This document shows positions 1 to 6,799 of a stretch of DNA of 45,772 nt, one piece after another. The DNA comes from Verrucomicrobiota bacterium. Its GTDB lineage: Bacteria > Verrucomicrobiota > Lentisphaeria > Lentisphaerales > Lentisphaeraceae. Every line of letters starts with the position of its first letter. Positions within the stretch are counted from its first letter, which is position 1. The position numbers and the translations under genes were made by a program. The notes beneath the pieces are model-generated. The model did no database searches. It had not been told where the DNA came from and saw only the letters and a list, made by a program, of their open reading frames with translations. The stretch spans positions 1 to 45,772 of the forward strand of contig JBDKFG010000038.1 of assembly GCA_039798785.1 (NCBI GenBank), given 5' to 3'.

Positions 1-204
1 GCGATTTTGAGGGGCCTGCAACAGGCCTTCCTCAAAGCCCACGCCATCGGCAGCGAGGCCGAAGTGCGCCGCGCCATCGAGGCACTCGACTCCAGGCACA
101 GCCGTCTCAAGACTCGCCTTTATCGACTCCCCATCGCCGGCTTCACCATGCTCGGGAGTCCGCCTCAGACGGCGCGTGCCGAGCGATGTTCGCTCGAAGC
201 CTGA
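1..204 (+). CDS. 3' end of a hypothetical protein (partial, runs off the window start)
   Basis: Frame 1 is open from base 1 to TGA at 202-204 with host-like C/G-ending codons (gcc ttc ctc aaa gcc cac gcc atc ggc). Confidence 0.5.
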   Translation, partial: AILRGLQQAFLKAHAIGSEAEVRRAIEALDSRHSRLKTRLYRLPIAGFTMLGSPPQTARAERCSLEA

Positions 205-225
205 TTTAAGCTCGAATCCCTCCTG

Positions 226-728
226 AAAAAGCCCGGTCCTGCGACCGGGCCGCGGAGCTTGGGCGCAAGTGGACGATTTTGCGCCTTGCGCTAAGCTCCG
301 GCATGCAAAAACGGCTTCTTCACCTCCTGCTTCTCCTTCTAGCCCTGACTTTCGGGCCGGCGGCGAATGCTTTGGCCGCCCCCGGCCATCAGCCAGCACC
401 AGCAAGCGGGTCGCAGTTGGATTCGTTGCATCTCACTCAAAGAAAGCCTTTTGAGCAAGCCGGACTTGTAGAACTTAAAAAAGCCCGGTCGCGCGCCCGG
501 GCCGCGGAGCTTGGACGCAAGTGGACGATTTTGCGCTTGGCGCTAAGCTCCGGCATGCAAAAACGCCTCCACCACCACTTGATTCTGCTGCTGACCCTCA
601 TTTCCGGGCCAGGAGCCGCGGCATGGGCGGCGAACACCCCCGCCATCGCCGCCCCCTCTCCTGATGCTTCGACGACAGACTCGTTGCATCTAATTGATAG
701 CAAGCCCTTTGAGCAAGTCGGAGATGTT
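226..728. repeat. Two diverged tandem copies of a 252-bp unit (226-477, 478-~728), each with an A-run, hairpin, long stem and signal-peptide coding region
   Basis: aaaaagcccggtc...ccgggccgcggagcttgg.cgcaagtggacgattttgcgc...gcgctaagctccggcatgcaaaaacg occurs at 226 and 478; the ATGs at 303 and 555 are exactly 252 nt apart; shared tail tcgttgcatct...aagcc.tttgagcaag.cgga. Confidence 0.9.
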
Positions 729-731
729 TAG
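303..731 (+). pseudogene. Duplicated/truncated secreted-protein N-termini (MQKRLLHLLLLLLALTFGPAANALAA... and MQKRLHHHLILLLTLISGPGAAAWAA...)
   Basis: Two in-frame Sec-type signal peptides (basic N-region, hydrophobic core, AxA site), each followed by DSLHL..KPFEQxG; the frame stops at TAG 729-731, created by the 31-bp repeat junction. Confidence 0.55.
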
Positions 732-790
732 CAAGCCCTTTGAGCAAGTCGGAGATGTTTAGCAAGCCCTTTGAGCAAGTCGGAGATGTT
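698..790. repeat. Perfect 31-bp tandem repeat x3 (tagcaagccctttgagcaagtcggagatgtt)
   Basis: Identical copies at 698-728, 729-759 and 760-790, with no spacers. Confidence 0.97.
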
Positions 791-846
791 TATATTGAAT
801 TAAGGAGAGATCATCCCAACGAAATAATTAAACTGGAATGGAAGCA

Positions 847-1266
847 ATGAGCGCAACAATCGTAATTGATGAAAAATACTTCATGGATATACCAAATATT
901 TATTTGGATATCCTTCTATTTTCTTTCCAAGTTGCGGAGAAATCTTATGCCAAATCTATTTCTAATGGGATTGCGTTCCTCGAGGTTGATCACATTTTAC
1001 TTGACTCAAAAGATTGCATTAGATATTTGGAGAATATAGCGAGTTCGAACAATCGCAATATTATACTAGATCAATTGAATGTGTTAAATGTTTTCCTGTC
1101 TTACTTAAAGCATCTTCAGCCCGATGCTTCAAAAACGGAAATACCCACTAATTCTGTTCGTGACTTACTGCGAAAGACTAAATACGATTCCGGGGAGAGC
1201 GCTTTTGTAATACCAGATATAGAGCCCTTAATGCCTATGGCCAAATGGAACGAGTGGCAGTCTTAA
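847..1266 (+). CDS. AT-rich hypothetical protein (immunity-protein-like size and context)
   Basis: ~139-aa ORF (alternative ATG at 838) in a strongly AT-rich segment; ATG 847 overlaps the TGA (848-850) of an upstream frame; no family recognised. Confidence 0.6.
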   Translation: MSATIVIDEKYFMDIPNIYLDILLFSFQVAEKSYAKSISNGIAFLEVDHILLDSKDCIRYLENIASSNNRNIILDQLNVLNVFLSYLKHLQPDASKTEIPTNSVRDLLRKTKYDSGESAFVIPDIEPLMPMAKWNEWQS

Positions 1267-1483
1267 ACTTATGTACGGGATACATCCACAAGTGAGATTG
1301 ATTGACAAATAAATGCAGGGAAGTCATCGTCATATGGCCTTCGAATCAAATAATAGAGGAGAGATTGTTAAGACTTTAAATCGATTGTTCTGTGACATGA
1401 TTCGCAGCAATTATAATAAAAACTGTTCCAACTTAATTATGATTCACGCCAGATAATATGGCGAATTAAAATGATATCACAAT

Positions 1484-1861
1484 TTACTCAAGAATAACTT
1501 CTATATTAAACTTTGATGCCAAGGACAGAAAACGTCCTTTGTTTATCGAGTTAGCGACAGGTCCAAGAGGAATGCATAACCGCCCTTTATATTCGACAAT
1601 TTTTTTCTTTAATTGTAGCGCATTGAACTCTGGAGCTAAGTTTGTGGCTCGAACTAAAAAATCCTTATTTCCATCAACAACTAAGAAAACATCAAAATCA
1701 TCTTCTGGTTCATTTATTACATGGCCATTATAGTCATGTGTATAATTTGTTTGTAAATTATTTTTCTGCTTAAAACACTGGCCGCATAATCCATTATTTG
1801 ATTCAGAAGTTGACTTAAGGATCATGTTTTTGCATTCTGTACATTTGATTCTTTCAGACAT
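1484..1861 (-). CDS. AT-rich hypothetical protein with an N-terminal CxxC-x16-CxxC zinc-ribbon-like motif
   Basis: MSERIKCTECKNMILKSTSESNNGLCGQC; GGAG ~7 nt upstream of ATG 1861; lies directly downstream of murE on the same strand. Confidence 0.7.
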   Translation of the reverse strand: MSERIKCTECKNMILKSTSESNNGLCGQCFKQKNNLQTNYTHDYNGHVINEPEDDFDVFLVVDGNKDFLVRATNLAPEFNALQLKKKIVEYKGRLCIPLGPVANSINKGRFLSLASKFNIEVILE

Positions 1862-1889
1862 TATGATCTCCATTGACTTGGGAAGCATC

Positions 1890-3320
1890 CTAGCGAGCCA
1901 GGCGCCGGATCTCGTCCTGGTCGGAAAAGGGAAGTTTCTCGGTGCCGATGATCTGGTAGTCTTCGTGGCCTTTGCCGGCGACCAGGAGGGTGCCGCCGGC
2001 GGCGATCAGCTCGAGCCCGGCGGCGATCGCGGCGCCGCGCTGGTGCAGGAAACGCACCGGCACCGAAGGCACCAGGCCCGGACGGATGTCGGCGAAGATC
2101 TGCTCGGGATCCTCAGTGCGGGGATTGTCGTCGGTGACGATCACCGCGTCGGCGAGTCCGGAGGCGATCGCGGCCATCAAGGGGCGTTTGCCGCGGTCGC
2201 GGTCGCCGCCGCAGCCGAAGAGGCAGACGAGGGGTCGCGGCGAGGCGCCGGCGAGGGCGCGCAAGGCCTTGTCGAGGCCGTCGGGGGTGTGGGCGTAGTC
2301 GACCACGGCGCGTCGTCCGGGTCCGAGGGGGAGATTCTCCATCCGTCCCGGGACGCCGGGGAAGTCGCGCAGGGCGGCGGCGGCCTGGGGAAGGGGGATG
2401 CCGAAGGCGGCGGCGGCGAGGAGGGCGGCGGCGGCGTTGGCGACCGAGAAGGCTCCGGGGACGGGGACGCGGCAGGGGACCTCGTCGAGGAGGAAGTCGC
2501 TGCCGTCGGCGTCGGCCTTTTCGTCGTGGATGCGGTGGCTGCCGTATTCCCGGCCGAACTCGGCGCAATGGGGGAGCTCGGCGGCGAGGCGGCGTCCGGC
2601 GGGATCGTCGGCGTTGATCACCGCCAGGGCTCCGGGGGCGAGCATCTGGCGGAAGAGGCGGGCCTTGGCCTGGAAGTATTCCTCCATGTCGGCGTGGTAA
2701 TCGAGGTGGTCGCGGCTGAGGTTGGTGAAGATGGCGGCCTGGAAGCGCAGCGGTTCGAGGCGCTGCTGATCGAGGGCGTGGCTGGAGGCTTCGAGGCAGA
2801 GGTGGCTGACGCCGTCGGCGAGCATTTCGGCGAGGATGGGCTGCAGCACTTCCGGGGCGGGGGTGGTCCAGGGGGCCTCGCGGCGGACTCCGGGCCAGCC
2901 GTAGCCGACGGTGCCGAGGACGCCGGTCTTGAGGCCGGCCTGGCCGAGGATGTGGGCGAGCATCAGGCTGGTGCTGGTCTTGCCGTTGGTGCCGGTGACG
3001 GCGGCGCAGGCGAGTTTCTCGCCGGGGTGGCCGGCGAGGCGGGAGGCGAGGATGGCGAAGGCGGCGCGCGGCTGCGGGCAGATCAGCCCGGCGACACCTT
3101 CGGGCAAGGCCTCGGCGAGGATGGCGGCGGCGCCCTGGGCGAGCGCCGCGGCGATGAAGGCGCGGCCGTCGGTCTTGGCCCCGGGCAAGGCGGCGAAGCA
3201 GCTGCGGGGGCCGGATTTGCGGGAGTCGCAGCAAAGGGAGTCGAAGCGGGCGGCGCCGCGGCTTTCGCAGGGCAGCCCGTGGCGGCGGATTTCGGCGCAG
3301 GCCTGGACAAGATCGAGCAT
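1890..3320 (-). CDS. murE: UDP-N-acetylmuramoyl-L-alanyl-D-glutamate--2,6-diaminopimelate ligase
   Basis: Motifs VTGTNGKTS, EASSHAL, NLSRDHLDYH, DYAHTPDGL, FGCGGDRDRGKRPLM, DDNPRTEDP, AGKGHEDYQ; start chosen at ATG 3320 (MLDLVQ). Confidence 0.96.
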   Translation of the reverse strand: MLDLVQACAEIRRHGLPCESRGAARFDSLCCDSRKSGPRSCFAALPGAKTDGRAFIAAALAQGAAAILAEALPEGVAGLICPQPRAAFAILASRLAGHPGEKLACAAVTGTNGKTSTSLMLAHILGQAGLKTGVLGTVGYGWPGVRREAPWTTPAPEVLQPILAEMLADGVSHLCLEASSHALDQQRLEPLRFQAAIFTNLSRDHLDYHADMEEYFQAKARLFRQMLAPGALAVINADDPAGRRLAAELPHCAEFGREYGSHRIHDEKADADGSDFLLDEVPCRVPVPGAFSVANAAAALLAAAAFGIPLPQAAAALRDFPGVPGRMENLPLGPGRRAVVDYAHTPDGLDKALRALAGASPRPLVCLFGCGGDRDRGKRPLMAAIASGLADAVIVTDDNPRTEDPEQIFADIRPGLVPSVPVRFLHQRGAAIAAGLELIAAGGTLLVAGKGHEDYQIIGTEKLPFSDQDEIRRLAR

Positions 3321-3456
3321 GGTCGGGGTTCCTCGGGGGTGGACGCGCCAATATAGCCGGGGACCGCCTTGGCGCCGGCCCGTGGGAAATCCCTGCCGCA
3401 GCTTGAAATCGCGATTTTTTCCCGGAGATTGGGAGGAATTCCAAGGAAGACCGCCG

Positions 3457-4269
3457 ATGATGAAAAACAATTATGAAATCCCTTCGCTGGCAAAAGCTTG
3501 CCGCCTTCTGCAGCTGGTAGCGGAGCACCAGGGGGAATGGACCGCGACCGAGCTGGCCCGCGCCATCGAGACGCCCCGCACCACCTGCTTCCGGATGCTG
3601 CAGACCCTGGCCCAGGAGAAACTGATCCTGGCCGACGGCAAGAGCTACCGACTCGGGCCTGGTTTGGTCCGCCTCGGCCTGAAGACCTTGGAAGGCCTGC
3701 CGATCCGCAGGCTCTGCGTGCCGGTGCTGCGCGAATTGTCCCGCAGTCTCGGGGAGACGGTGCACCTGGCGATCCTCTGCGACGACCGTTCGCTGCTGTT
3801 GGAGGTCTGTGACGCGCCCCACAGCCAGCGCATCTCCAGCCGTCCCGGCAGCCTGGTCTGGCTGCATGCCTCGGCGACCGGCAAGGTCCTGCTGGCACAT
3901 CTCGACGATAGCCGCCGCGCCGAACTCTTCTCCCGCCTCGAGATGCCGGCCTTGACCCCGCGCAGCCTGACCCGGCCGGAATTGCTGGCGGCGCAATTCC
4001 CCGCCATCCTGGCGGCGGGCTACGCGATGGATGACGAAGAATACATTCACGACGGCCGCTGCCTCGCGGTGCCGGTGCGCAATGCCGCTGGCGAGGTCAT
4101 CGCCGCCATCGGCATGACCAGCAGCCCCTCGCGCCTGCCGGAGTCCGCTATCGCCGCCGCGGTCAGCCGCCTCCAGGAAGGCTCTCGCATCCTCAGCTTC
4201 AACCTGCCCGGCAGTGAAGAACCGGCGATCAAGCTGAAAAAGCCGCGGAAAAAACGCGGCGAAGGCTGA
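3457..4269 (+). CDS. IclR-family transcriptional regulator
   Basis: N-terminal HTH (SLAKACRLLQLV...TELARAIETPRTTCFRMLQTL), GETVHL, HASATGKVLLA, GYAMDDEE, RCLAVPV; divergent from murE. Confidence 0.93.
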   Translation: MMKNNYEIPSLAKACRLLQLVAEHQGEWTATELARAIETPRTTCFRMLQTLAQEKLILADGKSYRLGPGLVRLGLKTLEGLPIRRLCVPVLRELSRSLGETVHLAILCDDRSLLLEVCDAPHSQRISSRPGSLVWLHASATGKVLLAHLDDSRRAELFSRLEMPALTPRSLTRPELLAAQFPAILAAGYAMDDEEYIHDGRCLAVPVRNAAGEVIAAIGMTSSPSRLPESAIAAAVSRLQEGSRILSFNLPGSEEPAIKLKKPRKKRGEG

Positions 4270-4285
4270 GGACGATGAACTCCGT

Positions 4286-4765
4286 TCAGCCGAACTTCGC
4301 CGCGAGCCGGCCGCAGAGGATTTCGAGCATCATCTGATCGACCTCGTCGAAGGCGGCGGGCTGGTTGGAGTCGACGTCGAGGACGGCGACGACGCGGCCC
4401 TCGAGGATCACCGGGACGACGATTTCGGAGCGGGTTTTCGACGAGCAGGCGATGTGGTAGGGCAGGGCGTGGACGTCCGGGACGAGCTGGGTTTGCGCCT
4501 CCCGCGCCGCCTTGCCGCAGACGCCGCGATCGAAGGGGATGCTCAAGCAGCCATGGCCGCCCTGGTAGGGCCCGACCTTGAGGAGCCCGGGGGAGACGAC
4601 CCGGTAGAATCCGGTCCAATCGAAGTGCGGCAGATGATGATGCAGCTCGGCGACGACGGTGGAGAGAACCGCGACCAGGTCGGTCTCGTCGCCGATCATG
4701 CTTTCGAGGATCTCGAGGGTGTCCTCGTAGAGCTCGCGCTTGACGGCGACGGGATCTTCGCTCAT
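4286..4765 (-). CDS. msrC: GAF-domain free methionine-(R)-sulfoxide reductase (YebR/MsrC type)
   Basis: DWTGFY, GPYQGGHGC, GVCGKAA, VPDVH..PYHIACSS.TRSEIVVP, VLDVDS...AAFDEVD; start overlaps the pyrF stop (ATGA). Confidence 0.85.
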   Translation of the reverse strand: MSEDPVAVKRELYEDTLEILESMIGDETDLVAVLSTVVAELHHHLPHFDWTGFYRVVSPGLLKVGPYQGGHGCLSIPFDRGVCGKAAREAQTQLVPDVHALPYHIACSSKTRSEIVVPVILEGRVVAVLDVDSNQPAAFDEVDQMMLEILCGRLAAKFG

Positions 4766-5463
4766 CGGCCGATTTCCGCCAGGACGGCGAGGGCGGCGGC
4801 TTTCGGATCGGCGGCTTGCAGGATGGGGCGGCCGACGACGATGAAGTCGGCGCCGGCTGCTGCTGCCTGGGCCGGGGTCATGATCCGCTTCTGGTCGTCG
4901 CTGGCGCTGCCGCCGGGGCGGATGCCGGGGACGACGACTTTGAAGGAGGCGCCGAGGGTTTTCTTGATCGGTTCGATCTCCCAGGCGGAGCAGACGACGC
5001 CGTCGGCGCCGCCTTTCTGGGCGATCGCGGCGAAACGCAGGACCGCTTGTTCGGGAGTGAAGGGCAGGCCGATTTCGTCGAGGGTCTTCTGGTCCATGCT
5101 GGTGAGCACGGTGACGCCGATGAGGAGGGCGTCGGGGCGGCTGGCGCGGTTTTTCTCGACTGCGGTGCGGACCATTTCGGAGCCGCCGGAGGCGTGGAAG
5201 TTGACCATGTCGGCGCCGATGGCGAGGGACGAAGCGACCGCTTCGGCGACGGTGTTGGGGATGTCGTGGAATTTGAGGTCGAGGAAGACCTTGACGCCGC
5301 GGGCCTTGAGTTCGCGGACGATGGCGGGGCCTTCGAGGGTGAAGAGCTGCTTGCCGACTTTGAACCACTCGACGCAATCCTTGAGGCGATCGACGTGGGC
5401 GAGGGCTTTGGCGGCGCTATCGACGTCAAGCGCGACGATGAGCTGGGTCTTGGCTGGGGTCAT
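4762..5463 (-). CDS. pyrF: Orotidine-5'-phosphate decarboxylase
   Basis: LIVALD, FKVG, VFLDLKFHDIPNTV, VTVLTS, PGIRP, DDQKRIMTP, IVVGRPI. Confidence 0.97.
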   Translation of the reverse strand: MTPAKTQLIVALDVDSAAKALAHVDRLKDCVEWFKVGKQLFTLEGPAIVRELKARGVKVFLDLKFHDIPNTVAEAVASSLAIGADMVNFHASGGSEMVRTAVEKNRASRPDALLIGVTVLTSMDQKTLDEIGLPFTPEQAVLRFAAIAQKGGADGVVCSAWEIEPIKKTLGASFKVVVPGIRPGGSASDDQKRIMTPAQAAAAGADFIVVGRPILQAADPKAAALAVLAEIGR

Positions 5464-6034
5464 GGGGTCTTCCTGTCTCGGGGTTGGTGATGAAGCAGGT
5501 GGCGAGGGGGCCGAGGAGGAGGAGACCGGCGGCGACCCAGGCGAAGTGGAGGGGGGGGGAGGGGGCGTTCTGGGGCAGGTCACGGAGGATGAGTCCGACG
5601 ACGATGATCAGGCCGAGAGCGGCGAAGACGGTGGCGGCGGCGCAGCAGCGGGCGGCGAAGGCGGCTCGCAGCCGTCCATTTTCTTCTGCCAGCAGGCCAG
5701 CGAGGAGGGCGGTGGAGGAGGCGGATTGGATGGCGAAGTAGAGGGCGAGGAGGGCCGGGATCTGGAAGGCGAGCTCGAGGGGGTGGCCGGCGACCATCCC
5801 GAGAAAGGGGGCGGAAAGAGTCATGCCGAGGCAGTAGAAACGCAGGTTGGAGAATCGCGGGTCGTCGCGCCGGGGCCAGAGGAGGACGCTGCTGAGAAGT
5901 CCGGGAAGGGCGGCGAGGAGCCAGTCGGGAGGGGCGTGACGGATCAGGCAGGAGGCTGCGAGGAAGGGCACGGTGAGGAGCGCGATGGCCGTGCTCCGCA
6001 GGGAGGCGGCGGCATGTGGTGACGGATTGTGCAT
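5426..6034 (-). CDS. Hypothetical multi-pass membrane protein
   Basis: 202-aa ORF with several hydrophobic stretches; co-oriented with pyrF and overlapping its 5' end. Confidence 0.6.
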   Translation of the reverse strand: MHNPSPHAAASLRSTAIALLTVPFLAASCLIRHAPPDWLLAALPGLLSSVLLWPRRDDPRFSNLRFYCLGMTLSAPFLGMVAGHPLELAFQIPALLALYFAIQSASSTALLAGLLAEENGRLRAAFAARCCAAATVFAALGLIIVVGLILRDLPQNAPSPPLHFAWVAAGLLLLGPLATCFITNPETGRPHDPSQDPAHRRA

Positions 6035-6123
6035 GGCTCTCCTCGGGGTGCCCGTTGCTTTCGCGGTGAGGGCGATATGTTATCGCCTAGGCGTCACGCT
6101 TCAACCTTTCGGAGGCTACGGAG

Positions 6124-6750
6124 ATGAATTACTTTGTCCAAGTGAACGGTGAGGAACACGGTCCTTACGACGACAGCACTTTGCAGTCGATGGCCCGCCA
6201 GCAGGAATTCGGTCCCGAGGATCTGGTTCGCAATTCTTTGATGAAGACGGGTAAGCCGGCGCGTGAAATTCCGATCTTGAAGGAGATCTTCGCGGCGGCG
6301 GCGCCGAAGAAGCAGGAAGCTCAGAAATTCGCTCAGAATCTTCACCGCAGCAAAGACTCGATCAAGCCGGGTCCTCCGGCTTGGCGCGCCTTGGCCTTCC
6401 TGATCGATCTGGCTTGCCTCGCTCCCTTCATCTTCGGTATCATGACGCTGACCGAGTCGCTGAAGGGCGGGCCGGATTATCTCGCCACGCTGCTGGCCCT
6501 GAGCCTGCTCTTCAGCATTTTCTTTTTCGCGATCAATCTCGGTCTCTTCGCTCAGACCCCGGGGATGCGCTTCTTCGGCCTGATGATCATTCGCGGCGAA
6601 GGCGAAGCGGTGCTGCTTGGCCGCAGCTTCACCCATGCCGCCCTCGGCATCCTGCTGCTGCCGCTGCTGCCGATCGCGGTCTACGCCTTCCATCGCGGCC
6701 CGCACGAGATCCTCGCCGGCACCCGCCTGGTCAAGGTGCGCCTGGGCTGA
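6124..6750 (+). CDS. GYF_2 (DUF4339)-like N-domain plus RDD-family membrane protein
   Basis: N-term YFVQVNGEEHGPY...LVR; RDD motifs WRALAFLID, QTPGMRFFGL, RGPHEILAGTRLV; GGAGG upstream. Confidence 0.85.
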   Translation: MNYFVQVNGEEHGPYDDSTLQSMARQQEFGPEDLVRNSLMKTGKPAREIPILKEIFAAAAPKKQEAQKFAQNLHRSKDSIKPGPPAWRALAFLIDLACLAPFIFGIMTLTESLKGGPDYLATLLALSLLFSIFFFAINLGLFAQTPGMRFFGLMIIRGEGEAVLLGRSFTHAALGILLLPLLPIAVYAFHRGPHEILAGTRLVKVRLG

Positions 6751-6770
6751 AAAGCTCGTCAGCTCGGCAG

Positions 6771-6795
6771 AAGCCCGCCTCCCGGCGGGCTTTTT
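6771..6795 (+). terminator. Intrinsic terminator between convergent genes
   Basis: aagcccgcc-tccc-ggcgggctt stem running into a T-run. Confidence 0.8.
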
Positions 6796-6799
6796 GCGG

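Noticed and set aside
698..790. 31-bp repeats as a CRISPR array
   Set aside because: The copies are directly adjacent with no spacers, and there is no cas operon; the only Cas4-like gene is >30 kb away and of the TM0106 type
1313..1456. 47-codon ORF (MQGSHRHMAFES...) in the AT-rich islet
   Set aside because: No RBS or recognisable motif; could be chance or a gene remnant
1824..3356. 510-aa plus-strand ORF and other long ORFs overlapping murE and the IclR gene
   Set aside because: Antisense or alternate-frame shadows of high-GC genes; the murE and IclR frames carry the conserved motifs
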